Origin: Candidatus Aminicenantes bacterium
GTDB lineage: Bacteria; Acidobacteriota; Aminicenantia; Aminicenantales; JAFGBC01
NCBI GenBank assembly: GCA_022867325.1
Contig: JALHUR010000146.1
Location: forward strand, 1-45,266
DNA: 45,266 bases
Direction: 5' to 3'
This document shows, piece after piece, positions 10,451 through 19,144 of the stretch. A program made the position numbers and the translations under genes. Every line of letters begins with the position of its first letter. Within the stretch, counting starts at the first letter, position 1. The notes below the pieces were generated by a model. It did not search any database, was not told the origin of the DNA, and saw only the letters and a list, made by a program, of their open reading frames with translations.

Positions 10451-10786
10451 CTATCCCTCCGGCCCTTGGCCGGACGGCTTTCCGTTCGGGGCCAGAATGT
10501 GGTCGAGCTTCCCCTCGGAGATCTCCCGAATGATGGTCCCGTGCTGCTCTTCCATGATCCGCCGGATGACCGTCTTGCTCTGGGGCGTTCCCAGAAGGTG
10601 GGTGTAAAAGCTCTTCCGCGAGGAGGCGAGCTTCCCCGCGACGTAGATGAGGGACTCGATGTACTGGGCGGACGGCCCCATGTCCTGGGTTTGGACGTGG
10701 ACGGAAACGCCCTTGTAGTCAAGCTTCGTGTTGAAACCGAACACTCCTTCGCTCCCTTGTCCTTGGCCGGCATTTATTTTAACCAA
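10451..10786 (-). CDS. Hypothetical protein (111 aa)
   Basis: The ORF has ordinary amino-acid composition, is co-directional with polA and lies 42 bp upstream of it. The competing 122-aa ORF 10405..10773 is Arg/Ser/Pro-rich and looks like a GC shadow frame. No family recognised. Confidence 0.5.
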   Translation of the reverse strand: MVKINAGQGQGSEGVFGFNTKLDYKGVSVHVQTQDMGPSAQYIESLIYVAGKLASSRKSFYTHLLGTPQSKTVIRRIMEEQHGTIIREISEGKLDHILAPNGKPSGQGPEG

Positions 10787-10920
10787 CTTATGGCGAAAAA
10801 AGCAATTGATTTCTAGGGGAGAATGGGCCGGACTTGGAATTTCGCGCGATAGCCTTCCGGCCCGTCCGAGGAGAGGGGGTTGGGCGGAGATCGGCCGAAT
10901 GAAGAGCGAATCCGGGGCGG

Positions 10921-11104
10921 TTGACCCGTTCGCCGAAATTGAGTCTTATTTTCAAGACGGGGAAGGGAAGCTCGGCTCAGGGTCAATACTCATGAGCCGG
11001 AAACGTCTCATGAGTACGGGCGCTCAAACTCCTGCAATGAGAATGAGTCTGAGGAGCTTCCGCCCCATACAAGCCTTTGGATTGGGGCTTGCTTAGGGTT
11101 TGAC
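10921..11104. repeat. Host intergenic mosaic hairpin element, copy A
   Basis: It starts with TTGACCCGTTCGCCGA (10921-10936) and ends at TTGAC (11100-11104). It contains a perfect 10-bp inverted repeat, tactcatgag/ctcatgagta (10987-10996 / 11007-11016). It shares the start motif and the block ggctcagggt-aat with copy B, and the actcatgag-type hairpins with copy C. Confidence 0.6.
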
Positions 11105-11127
11105 AAACGGGGCCGAGTTGGTATAAT
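11100..11127 (+). promoter_or_regulatory. Sigma70-type promoter for the yceD-rpmF-plsX-fab operon
   Basis: TTGACA (11100-11105), a 16-nt spacer, then TATAAT (11122-11127). This is 27 nt upstream of the yceD ATG, with GAGGA 6 nt before the ATG. Confidence 0.55.
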
Positions 11128-11153
11128 AAGGCGATTCTTGCCGAGGAACCCAC

Positions 11154-11672
11154 ATGCTTATCGATATTGATAAACTTCCGAAGGAAGGCCTGACAGTCAA
11201 TCGGGACTTCGAGTACCCGAGCGCTGAGCTCGTCGAGGAGGATGCCGTCTTCCTGAAGCCCGTCCACGTCGAGCTGATCGTCAAGAAGTACTTCGACCAG
11301 GTCCAGGTCGCGGGCCGGATCGCGACCGTGCTTCGGTTCAACTGCAGCCGTTGCCTGACGCCCTTTGAGTACCCGGTCGATTCCAGGTTTGACCTTATCT
11401 ACCTTCCCGAGGAGATCGAAGAGATCAAGGAAGAGCTCGAGGAGGAAGACGTCAATACGCTCTACTACACGGCCCCCCACCTCGACCTGCGGGAAGTCGT
11501 CCTGGAGCAGCTCAACCTGACCTTCCCCCTCCGGCCGCTCTGCGCGGAGAATTGTCCGGGCATCTGCCCGGTCTGCGGGGTTGTCGGCCGCGACGGAACC
11601 TGCTCCTGCACGGTTCCCGGCGCCGACCCGCGCTTTCAGCCGCTCAAATCCATTATGAAGGACAAGAAGTAA
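11154..11672 (+). CDS. yceD: YceD/DUF177 family protein (large-subunit rRNA accumulation protein)
   Basis: 172 aa, acidic middle region, C-terminal Cys cluster LCAENCPGICPVCG. It sits in the conserved position immediately upstream of rpmF. Confidence 0.8.
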   Translation: MLIDIDKLPKEGLTVNRDFEYPSAELVEEDAVFLKPVHVELIVKKYFDQVQVAGRIATVLRFNCSRCLTPFEYPVDSRFDLIYLPEEIEEIKEELEEEDVNTLYYTAPHLDLREVVLEQLNLTFPLRPLCAENCPGICPVCGVVGRDGTCSCTVPGADPRFQPLKSIMKDKK

Positions 11673-11855
11673 ATGCCCAATCCTAAAAGACGCCATTCCC
11701 CGTCCCGCACGGGCAAACGCCGGGCCCACGACGGACTGACCATCCCCTCCTTCTCCGTCTGCTCCAACTGCGGAACGCCCAAGCTGCCCCACCGGGCCTG
11801 TCCCCAATGCGGGTTCTATCGCGGCCGCCAGGTCATCGAGGGGACCGAGAAGTAG
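11673..11855 (+). CDS. rpmF: 50S ribosomal protein L32
   Basis: 60 aa, starts MPNPKRRHSPSRTGKRRAH, with a zinc ribbon CSNCG...CPQCG. The start codon abuts the yceD stop. Confidence 0.95.
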   Translation: MPNPKRRHSPSRTGKRRAHDGLTIPSFSVCSNCGTPKLPHRACPQCGFYRGRQVIEGTEK

Positions 11856-11872
11856 CGCGACCAGGAATTAAG

Positions 11873-12880
11873 ATGAAAATCGCCGTTGACGCGATGGGGG
11901 GGGATTTCGGACCGCGGGTGACCGTGGCCGGAGCCCTCCAGGCCGCCGAAGACTTCCGGGTCGAAGTCTTGTTGGTCGGCGTCGAGGAGCTCATCAAAAA
12001 AGAGTTCGACAGGAGCCCCCGGCCCCATGCCCGCGTCACCATCGTCGATGCGCCCGAGGCCATCGGGATGGGCGAGGGGATCTTCTCCTTCCGCAAGAAA
12101 GCCCGCTCCTCGATCCTGGTCGGGGCGCAGCTCCTCAAGGAGGGCGCGGCCGACGCTTTCGTCTCGAACGGCAACACGGCCGCCGTCGTCTATATCTCCC
12201 GGCGGGTTCTGGGCGCCATGGAAGGGGTCAATAAGCCCGCCCTGGCCCTTCTCGTCTCCTCGCTCCAAGGCCTGACGCTCCTCATCGACGTCGGGGCCAA
12301 CGCCAACTGCCGGCCCCAGGACCTCGAGCAGTTCGCCGTCATGGGACGGGCCTTCATGGAGAGCGCCCTCGGCCTGGCCGATCCTCGGATCGGCCTGATG
12401 AGCATCGGCGAGGAGGACGGCAAAGGGAACGACCTGACCAAGGAGGCCTTCCGGCTCCTCGAAACGGCGCCGATCCGCTTCATCGGCAACATCGAGGGCA
12501 AGGACCTGTTCAGCGGGAAGGCCGATGTCATCGTCAGCGACGGCTTCACCGGGAACGTCGCCCTCAAGGTCAGCGAGGGGGTCGTCGAGACGCTCCTCTC
12601 GATGGGCCGTCACGAGATCACGAAGAACCTCCTGGCCAAGGTCGGGTTCTTCCTGATGAAGAGAAACCTCAAGAAGATCTACCGGAAGCTTGACTACTCC
12701 GAATACGGGGGAGCCTTGCTCCTCGGCCTCAAGGGCGGCTGCATCATCGGACACGGTCGCTCGAACCCGAACGCCGTCCGGAACGCCGTCCGGCTGGCCC
12801 GGGACTTCGTGGCCAACCGGGTCCAGGACCGGATCCGGACCGAGATCGGCCGCGCCCGCCAGGCGACGGGAGGGATCTGA
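11873..12880 (+). CDS. plsX: Phosphate acyltransferase PlsX
   Basis: The internal ATG at 11873 gives the canonical N-terminus MKIAVDAMGGDFGP. The track ORF start at 11807 would overlap rpmF. Confidence 0.93.
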   Translation: MKIAVDAMGGDFGPRVTVAGALQAAEDFRVEVLLVGVEELIKKEFDRSPRPHARVTIVDAPEAIGMGEGIFSFRKKARSSILVGAQLLKEGAADAFVSNGNTAAVVYISRRVLGAMEGVNKPALALLVSSLQGLTLLIDVGANANCRPQDLEQFAVMGRAFMESALGLADPRIGLMSIGEEDGKGNDLTKEAFRLLETAPIRFIGNIEGKDLFSGKADVIVSDGFTGNVALKVSEGVVETLLSMGRHEITKNLLAKVGFFLMKRNLKKIYRKLDYSEYGGALLLGLKGGCIIGHGRSNPNAVRNAVRLARDFVANRVQDRIRTEIGRARQATGGI

Positions 12881-12881
12881 G

Positions 12882-13628
12882 ATGACCGCCATTTTTAAAG
12901 ACAAGGTCGCGATCGTGACCGGCGCCTCTCAGGGCATCGGGGAAACCATCGCCCTCGATCTGGCCGAGGCCGGGGCCAAGCCGGCCCTGGTCGACGTCCA
13001 GGAAGAGAAACTCCAGGCCGTCGCCGCCAAGATCCGGGAGATGGGAGCGGAAGCCTCCGTCCACACGGCCGATGTCTCCAAGTTTGACCGGGTCGGCCGG
13101 GTCGTCGAGGATGTCCTGGCCCGCTGGGGGCGGGTCGATTTTCTCGTCAATAATGCGGGGATCACCCGCGACAACCTCCTCCTCCGGATGAAAGAGGAGG
13201 AATGGGACGCCGTCCTGGCCGTCAACCTCAAGGGAACCTTCAACTTCTGCCGGGCCGTCGTCCGCCCCATGCTCAACCAGAAGTCGGGCCGGATCGTCAA
13301 CATCGCCTCGGTCGTCGGCGCCATGGGGAACGCCGGCCAGGCTAACTACTCGGCCTCCAAGGCCGGGGTCATCGCCTTCTCGAAATCGCTGGCCCGCGAG
13401 ATCGCTTCGCGGGGGATCACCGTCAATTGCGTCGCCCCCGGCTACATCCAGACGGCCATGACCGACAAGCTTCCCGAGGCGGTTAAGAAGGCCTTCCTGG
13501 AGGCGATTCCCCTCCGGCGCTTCGGCCGGCCCGAGGACGTGGCCGCCGCCGTCCGGTTTTTATGCTCGGAGGGGGCGTCCTATATCACCGGCCAGGTCAT
13601 CCATCTCAACGGCGGTTTGTATATGTAA
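12882..13628 (+). CDS. fabG: 3-oxoacyl-ACP reductase
   Basis: The ATG at 12882 lies 1 nt after the plsX stop. SDR motifs VTGASQGIG, NNAG and YSASKAG are present. The track ORF start at 12690 is an upstream extension overlapping plsX. Confidence 0.93.
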   Translation: MTAIFKDKVAIVTGASQGIGETIALDLAEAGAKPALVDVQEEKLQAVAAKIREMGAEASVHTADVSKFDRVGRVVEDVLARWGRVDFLVNNAGITRDNLLLRMKEEEWDAVLAVNLKGTFNFCRAVVRPMLNQKSGRIVNIASVVGAMGNAGQANYSASKAGVIAFSKSLAREIASRGITVNCVAPGYIQTAMTDKLPEAVKKAFLEAIPLRRFGRPEDVAAAVRFLCSEGASYITGQVIHLNGGLYM

Positions 13629-13691
13629 AGAAGTCCCGCGGGGTTCTCCTAACCGGAGTCCCGGAATTTAGATTTAGAGGAGGAGTGGACA

Positions 13692-13934
13692 ATGCAAAGA
13701 GAAGAACTCCTGAAGAAGGTCAAGAGCATCGTAGCCGACAAGCTGAGCATCGGCGAGGAGCAGATCACCGAACAGGCCTCTTTCATCGACGACCTGGGGG
13801 CGGATTCCCTCGACACCGTGGAACTGGTCATGGCCCTGGAGGACGAGTTCGGCCTCGACATCCCCGACGAGGACGCCGAGAAGCTGACGACCGTCGGCAA
13901 GGCCATAGATTACATCATGTCCAAGGTCTCCTGA
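13692..13934 (+). CDS. acpP: Acyl carrier protein
   Basis: 80 aa with [19 protein letters not shown], which holds the phosphopantetheine Ser. GAGGAGG RBS upstream. Confidence 0.97.
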   Translation: MQREELLKKVKSIVADKLSIGEEQITEQASFIDDLGADSLDTVELVMALEDEFGLDIPDEDAEKLTTVGKAIDYIMSKVS

Positions 13935-13953
13935 GACTTTCGTTCACTATTCG

Positions 13954-15231
13954 ATGACGGTATCTTCTTCTTCCGCGCAAAAACTATGCCCGCAGAGGCG
14001 GGTTGTCGTCACCGGGATCGGCCTGGTGACGCCCCTGGGCGTCGGGACGGCCCGGAACTGGGAAGCCCTGCTGAAGGGCGAAAACGGGGTCGGCCCGATC
14101 ACCCGCTTTGACGCCTCCCGGCTCTCGACCCGGATCGCGGCCGAGGTCAAGGGTTTCGACCCGATCGCCTTTATCGACAGGAAGGAGGCCCGCAAGATGG
14201 ACCTCTTCATCCAGTACGCCGTGATTGCGGCCCAGCTGGCCGTCGATGACGCCGGGATTTCGCCCGCACGCCTCCAGGGCGACCATTGCGGAGTTTACGT
14301 CGGGTCCGGGATCGGCGGGATCGGCACGATCGAGGACCAGCTCAGGATCCTGATCGAGAAGGGCCCGGACCGGGTCTCGCCCTACTTCTTGATCGCGTCC
14401 ATTATCAACGAGGCCTCGGGCCAAATTTCGATCCGCTTCGCCGCCAAGGGCCCCAACTCGGCCCTGGCGACGGCCTGCTCGACCGGTTGCCATGCGATCG
14501 GCGACTCCTTCCGGATAATCGCCCGGGGCGACGCCGACATCATGATCGCGGGCGGGGCGGAAGCGCCCATCACGCCCCTGGGAATGGCCGGATTCTGCTC
14601 GATGAAGGCCATGTCGACCCGCAACGACGATCCCGCCCGCGCCTCGCGTCCCTTCGACGCAAAGCGCGACGGGTTCGTCATGGGCGAAGGGGCCGGGATT
14701 CTCCTCCTCGAGGAGCTCGGGTTGGCCCTCGATCGCGGCGCCAAGATCTACGCCGAGGTCGTCGGCTACGGGATGACCGGCGACGCTTACCATCCGTCGG
14801 CGCCGTCCCCGGACGGCGACGGCGCTGTCCGGGTCATGCGGCGGGCCATCGCCGACGCCGGGATCGATCCGTCCGAGATCGGCTATATCAACGCCCACGG
14901 GACCTCGACCCCCTACAACGACAAGATCGAGACGGCGGCCATCAAGCGCGTCTTCGGCGCCCACGCGGCCAAGATCGGGATCAGTTCGACCAAGTCCATG
15001 ACCGGACACCTGCTCGGCGCGACGGGCGGCCTCGAGGCCGGGATCACGGCCCTCTGCCTCAAGCACCACATCATGACCCCGACCATCAACTACGAGGTGC
15101 CCGACCCCGAGTGCGACCTCGACGACGTCCCCAATCAGGCCCGGCCCGCCGAGATCCGCTACGGACTCAGCAATTCCTTCGGGTTCGGCGGCACCAACGG
15201 CAGCATCCTCCTCAAGCGCTTCGAAGAATAA
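13954..15231 (+). CDS. fabF: 3-oxoacyl-ACP synthase II
   Basis: 425 aa. Motifs: RRVVVTGIG, active-site ALATACSTG, HGTSTP, GHLLGATG, FGFGGTN. Confidence 0.95.
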   Translation: MTVSSSSAQKLCPQRRVVVTGIGLVTPLGVGTARNWEALLKGENGVGPITRFDASRLSTRIAAEVKGFDPIAFIDRKEARKMDLFIQYAVIAAQLAVDDAGISPARLQGDHCGVYVGSGIGGIGTIEDQLRILIEKGPDRVSPYFLIASIINEASGQISIRFAAKGPNSALATACSTGCHAIGDSFRIIARGDADIMIAGGAEAPITPLGMAGFCSMKAMSTRNDDPARASRPFDAKRDGFVMGEGAGILLLEELGLALDRGAKIYAEVVGYGMTGDAYHPSAPSPDGDGAVRVMRRAIADAGIDPSEIGYINAHGTSTPYNDKIETAAIKRVFGAHAAKIGISSTKSMTGHLLGATGGLEAGITALCLKHHIMTPTINYEVPDPECDLDDVPNQARPAEIRYGLSNSFGFGGTNGSILLKRFEE

Positions 15232-15234
15232 AAA

Positions 15235-16017
15235 ATGAACATCTTCGTTTTCGTCAAACGGGTTCCCGATACGGAGTCCCGGATCCGCATCCAGGACGGC
15301 GGCAAGGCCGTCGCCGAGGAAGGGCTGAATTTCGTCCTCAGCCCCTACGATGAATACGCCGTCGAGGAGGCCCTCAGGCTCAAGGAGGCCAAGGGCGGGA
15401 CGGTCACGGCCGTCGCCCTCGGCCCGGACGAGGCCCTGGTCATTCTCCGCAAATGCCTGGCCATGGGCGCCGACGAGGCCGTTCTGATCAAAGACGTCGG
15501 TCCCGAGACCTACGACGGACTGCGAACGGCGGCCATCCTGGCCAAATATGTGACCGCCAAGGTTCCCCAGTTCGACCTCCTCCTGTTCGGTAAGCAGTCC
15601 ATGGGCGCCGACAACGCCCAGGTTCCATCGATGGTCGGAGAGCTGCTGGGGCTGCCCCAGGTCAACGTCGTCACCAAGCTCGAAATCGAGGGTGGAGCGG
15701 GGACGGCCCTGCGCGAGATCGAGGGCGCCCGCGAGAAAGTCGTTTTTTCGCTTCCCGCCGTGATCAGCGCTCAGAAAGGGCTCAACGAGCCGCGCTACGA
15801 AACGCTGCGCGGGATCATGGCCGCCAAGAAAAAAACCATCCCGGTCGTGACGGTCGCCGAGCTGAGGCTGTCCGCGGAGGAGACGGCCGCCCGGGTCGAA
15901 ATCCTGCGGATCGAAGCCCCCTCGGCCCGCAAGGCGGGGAGGGTCGTGACCGGCCCGGCCGCCGACGCCGCCCGGCAGCTCGTCGAGTTCCTGCACAACG
16001 ACGCCAAGGTCATCTGA
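15235..16017 (+). CDS. etfB: Electron transfer flavoprotein, beta subunit
   Basis: 260 aa, typical N-terminus MNIFVFVKRVPD. The gene starts 3 nt after the fabF stop and is followed by etfA. Confidence 0.9.
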   Translation: MNIFVFVKRVPDTESRIRIQDGGKAVAEEGLNFVLSPYDEYAVEEALRLKEAKGGTVTAVALGPDEALVILRKCLAMGADEAVLIKDVGPETYDGLRTAAILAKYVTAKVPQFDLLLFGKQSMGADNAQVPSMVGELLGLPQVNVVTKLEIEGGAGTALREIEGAREKVVFSLPAVISAQKGLNEPRYETLRGIMAAKKKTIPVVTVAELRLSAEETAARVEILRIEAPSARKAGRVVTGPAADAARQLVEFLHNDAKVI

Positions 16018-16029
16018 GAGGAGCCGGCC

Positions 16030-17007
16030 ATGATACTCGTTTTCCTGGAAATCCGCGAAGGCAAGATCAAGAAGAGCTCCCTGGAAGTATTGAGCGAAGG
16101 CGCGCGGCGCGCCGGCGAGATGAACGCGGCCCTGGCCGCGGCCGCCGTCGGGCCGTTCGACCGCGCCCTGGCGGCCGAGGTCTTCGGATTGGGCGCCCGG
16201 ACTCTCTATCATCTGGATGGCCCGGCCCTCGAGAAGTATTCCTCGCAGGGATTCGCCCTGGCCTTGGCCGGCCTGGCGGCCGAGGTCAAGCCCAAGGCCG
16301 TTTGGATGGCCGCCTCGGCCCTGGGAAGGGACTTGGCCCCGCGACTGGCCGCCAAGCTCAAGGCCGGCCTGGCTTCGGACTGCACCAAGGTCGCCGTCGC
16401 CGGCGGCCGGCTCGAATACACCCGGCCCATCTTCGCCGGGAAGGCGCTGATGACCCTCGCCCTCCAGGGCGATCCCGGGCTGGCGACGCTGCGGCCGAAC
16501 GTTTTCGCGCTCGGCGAAGCCAAACCCGCCCAGGGCGAGGTCGTCAAGAAGACGGCGGCCGTGGCCGAGGGCCAAATCAAGGCCCGCGTCGAGGAGATCC
16601 AGAAGGAGCAGGGCGCGGCCCTCGACGTGACCGAGGCCGAGATCATCGTCTCGGGAGGCCGCGGTCTCAAGGCGGCCGAAAACTTCGGGATTCTGCGGGA
16701 GCTGGCCGCCATCCTGCCCCGGGCCGCGGTCGGGGCCTCGCGCTCGGCCGTCGATTCGGGTTGGATCGACCACCAGCATCAGGTCGGCCAGACCGGAAAG
16801 ACCGTGTCTCCCAACCTCTACATGGCCTTCGGCGTTTCGGGCGCCATCCAGCACCTGGCCGGGATGTCGGGCTCCAAGGTCATCGTCGCCGTCAACAAGG
16901 ATCCCGAAGCGCCCATCCTCAAGGTCGCGGATTTCGGGATCGTGGGCGATCTGTTCGAGGTCATCCCTCCCCTGAAGGACGAGCTCAAAAAAGCCCTGTC
17001 GGAATAG
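16030..17007 (+). CDS. etfA: Electron transfer flavoprotein, alpha subunit
   Basis: 325 aa with the C-terminal FAD-binding block [39 protein letters not shown]. Confidence 0.9.
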   Translation: MILVFLEIREGKIKKSSLEVLSEGARRAGEMNAALAAAAVGPFDRALAAEVFGLGARTLYHLDGPALEKYSSQGFALALAGLAAEVKPKAVWMAASALGRDLAPRLAAKLKAGLASDCTKVAVAGGRLEYTRPIFAGKALMTLALQGDPGLATLRPNVFALGEAKPAQGEVVKKTAAVAEGQIKARVEEIQKEQGAALDVTEAEIIVSGGRGLKAAENFGILRELAAILPRAAVGASRSAVDSGWIDHQHQVGQTGKTVSPNLYMAFGVSGAIQHLAGMSGSKVIVAVNKDPEAPILKVADFGIVGDLFEVIPPLKDELKKALSE

Positions 17008-17019
17008 ATCCGGCAGCGC
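16988..17019 (+). repeat. Left copy of the 32-bp direct repeat bracketing the island (attL-like); covers the etfA 3' end
   Basis: aaaaagccctgtcggaAtagatccggcagcgc. It is identical to 30074-30105 except for one position (17004 a vs 30090 c). It comprises the last 6 codons of etfA, the stop and 12 nt downstream. Confidence 0.85.
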
Positions 17020-17029
17020 GCTTACGCCC

Positions 17030-17137
17030 GGCGTCATCGCGGCTATCCGGACATTCGGGGACAGGATTAATTTTCATCCCCGCCTCCACTACCTGGTGAC
17101 CGAGGGCGGAGTGGACGCGGCGGCCGAGGGGAATTGA
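17030..17137 (+). pseudogene. Remnant of an IS91/ISCR-family (HUH, Y2) transposase gene
   Basis: The frame reads ..PGVIAAIRTFGDRINFHPRLHYLVTEGGVDAAAEGN with the stop at 17135-17137. From memory of the family, this resembles the TFG..L.F.PHxH.L...GG block that holds the HUH motif. Only about 35 codons remain, with no start and no Tyr motifs. Confidence 0.4.
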
Positions 17138-17247
17138 CACCGCCATGCGGCCGGCGATATAATTCCGTCATGATCAGGGGGAGAGATTCGTCGCTCATAG
17201 TGAGAATTCAGCCCGCACGGAAAAAGGAAAATCCTATAATCCAAGAG

Positions 17248-17403
17248 GAGGTGTATCTGAAGGAATACGAAAGCGTATTGGATTGCAGAGTCAGTTTGCG
17301 GGAGTACATCGATTTTTACAATCAAGAAAGGGAGCACCAATCCCTTGATTACCGCACTCCTGCGAAGGTTCATTTGGGTCAACTTGCTTTAAGGGCGGGT
17401 TGA
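17248..17403 (+). pseudogene. C-terminal fragment of an IS3-family (rve/DDE) transposase
   Basis: EVYLKEYESVLDCRVSLREYIDFYNQEREHQSLDYRTPAKV carries the YN..R.H.SL.Y.TP tail signature found downstream of the DDE core. The catalytic core is absent, and the N-terminal 38 codons of the track ORF look like unrelated read-through. Confidence 0.6.
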
Positions 17404-17495
17404 ATGATCAAAATGGAGTCCACCTGTTTTGCGTCAATAAATGTTCTGGACAAACCAGACCATTATATTTTGCCCAAGTTTCGAGCGAGCATTTT

Positions 17496-17575
17496 GCCTA
17501 ACGTTTCCGGTGTTTGTGAAGTTGCCCGAAGGGCAATTTGGGGAAGCGTAGCTTCCCACAAACACCGTGTTAGAT
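17496..17575 (+). other. Integron attC-like recombination site 1 (80 nt)
   Basis: R'' GCCTAAC (17496-17502, fits RYYYAAC); 5-nt spacer; outer stem cggtgtttgtg (17508-17518) pairing with cacaaacaccg (17557-17567). Inner hairpins are ttgccc-gaa-gggcaa and gggaagc-gta-gcttccc. One t follows, then R' GTTAGAT (17569-17575, fits GTTRRRY). The architecture matches site 2, with compensatory stem changes. Confidence 0.6.
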
Positions 17576-17622
17576 GAAGTTGCTGCCGATTTTCTTTTTT
17601 TAACTCCCCTCTATCAAACATG

Positions 17623-18390
17623 CTAACGCTCTCCTAAAAATGACTTTCTGACCTCGTCATTTTTAAGAAGATTTATTGCTATATCTTCAAAAGCGATTTC
17701 GCCTATTTTAAATACATACCCTCTATTTGCGTACTCTAAAGCCACTCTGGCATTCTGTTCCACAAGCAGAATAGTTGTTCCATCTATGTTAATCTCCTTT
17801 ATCTTTTCAAATACAGTGTCTATATAATTCGGAGAAAGCCCCAGAGATGGTTCATCCAATAGAAGCAGTTTTGGTTTTAGCATCAGGGCTTTGCCAATAG
17901 CAAGCATCTGCTGTTCACCACTGCTTAATGTTCCTGCCCTTTGTTTTTGCCTCTCTTTAAGGATAGGGAATATGCTGAATACCTTCTCTATTAGTTGTTT
18001 CACATCAGTCTTCGGTTGTTGGTTTCTTTTCCCCAGCACTGATAACTTAACACTGGAAACTGTATACGCACCCATTTCCAGATTCTCTAAAACGGTCATT
18101 GAAGTGAAGACCCGTCTACCCTCTGGCACCAGACAAAGTCCTTTCTCAACCAACTGATAAGGCTGTTTGCCATTTATATTTTCTCCTCTAAATAAGACCT
18201 CTCCTGATTTAGGTTTTACCAAGCCACAAATTGCCTTTAGAGCGGTAGTCTTGCCAGCACCGTTTGGACCTATCATTGCCACAATTTCTCCCTCATTTAT
18301 ATTGAGAGAGATATCATCCAGAGCAAGGACAGTATCGTAATATGCTGTTAAGTTTCTTACCTCAAGAAGCACTTTCACGCCTCCTGCCAA
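17623..18390 (-). CDS. livF: Branched-chain amino acid-type ABC transporter, ATP-binding protein (LivF type)
   Basis: 255 aa. Walker [10 protein letters not shown], signature LSSGEQQML, Walker B LLLLDEPS. The substrate is not inferable. Confidence 0.88.
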   Translation of the reverse strand: MAGGVKVLLEVRNLTAYYDTVLALDDISLNINEGEIVAMIGPNGAGKTTALKAICGLVKPKSGEVLFRGENINGKQPYQLVEKGLCLVPEGRRVFTSMTVLENLEMGAYTVSSVKLSVLGKRNQQPKTDVKQLIEKVFSIFPILKERQKQRAGTLSSGEQQMLAIGKALMLKPKLLLLDEPSLGLSPNYIDTVFEKIKEINIDGTTILLVEQNARVALEYANRGYVFKIGEIAFEDIAINLLKNDEVRKSFLGER

Positions 18391-19144
18391 GATATGCTTC
18401 TATAACTTTTTCATTTTTAATTACCACTTCTGGATGACCTTCTGCAATCTTTTGACCATAGTTCAATACAATGATATTATCAGAAATATTTGTTACTACC
18501 TTCATATCGTGCTCAATAAAAAGAATCGTTTTGCCTTTATCTTTTAATTTCTTAAGCACATCAAGTATCTTGACCCTCATATTAGGGAAAACACCTGCCG
18601 TTGGTTCATCCAATAAAAAGAGTTCGGCTCCCGTTGCCAGGGCTCGGGCTAATTCAAGCAATCGTCTCTGTCCATGAGATAAATTCTGTGCAAGTTCGCC
18701 TTTTTTATCTGTAAGACCTACCAATTCAAGGTATTCTAAAGACTTCTCTCTATTTCTCTGCTCCTCGTCTTTCATAACCGTTGCTTGAAGAAGTGCGGAT
18801 ATAAGACCTTCACCTTTATCATATTTGGTTGCGAGCAATATATTCTCCATAACCGTAATCTGCGGGAAAAGCCGGATATTCTGAAACGTCCGTGAGATAC
18901 CTAATCTGGCTATCTTGTAAGGTGGCAGATTAATAATCCTTTTATTCCTAAAATGTATATCTCCAGATTGAGCATTGCAGAATCCAGAGATTATATTAAA
19001 AACTGTTGTTTTCCCCGCACCATTAGGACCTACCAAGGCGTTTATAGTGGCTGGTTCAATAAAGAAGTTCAGGTTATCTACTGCAACAAGTCCGTCAAAT
19101 TCCTTAGAAAGATTTTTAACTTCTAATAACATGTCGCCACTCAT
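18362..19144 (-). CDS. livG: Branched-chain amino acid-type ABC transporter, ATP-binding protein (LivG type)
   Basis: 260 aa. Walker [25 protein letters not shown], Walker [11 protein letters not shown]. Confidence 0.88.
   Translation of the reverse strand: MSGDMLLEVKNLSKEFDGLVAVDNLNFFIEPATINALVGPNGAGKTTVFNIISGFCNAQSGDIHFRNKRIINLPPYKIARLGISRTFQNIRLFPQITVMENILLATKYDKGEGLISALLQATVMKDEEQRNREKSLEYLELVGLTDKKGELAQNLSHGQRRLLELARALATGAELFLLDEPTAGVFPNMRVKILDVLKKLKDKGKTILFIEHDMKVVTNISDNIIVLNYGQKIAEGHPEVVIKNEKVIEAYLGRRRESAS

Noticed and set aside
10405-10773. 122-aa minus-strand ORF overlapping the 111-aa hypothetical gene
   Set aside because: It is an alternative frame with S/R/P-rich low-complexity content and would overlap the polA start. 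The 10451..10786 frame has more protein-like composition.
8552-10816. 754-aa plus-strand ORF
   Set aside because: It is antisense to polA and the 111-aa ORF, and has low-complexity G/D/L/R/E composition. Shadow frame.
11807-11872. An N-terminal extension of plsX (track start 11807), and likewise of fabG (track start 12690)
   Set aside because: The extensions overlap the preceding genes and encode Arg/Pro-rich sequence. The internal ATGs give canonical family N-termini.
13984-17037. 1017-aa minus-strand ORF, the longest complete ORF in this part of the track
   Set aside because: It is antisense to fabF, etfB and etfA, which have unmistakable family motifs. Its product is dominated by G/R/D/P/L/A with no motif. 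This is a typical stop-free shadow frame of roughly 70% GC coding DNA.
17496-17575. The idea that the two structured elements are small ribozymes (hammerhead or twister), tRNA-like RNAs or intrinsic terminators
   Set aside because: Neither strand has a CUGAUGA/GAAA hammerhead core or other ribozyme core that I can recognise. There are no tRNA T-loop or D-loop motifs, and no T-run directly follows the stems on either strand. The terminal RYYYAAC/GTTRRRY boxes fit attC better.
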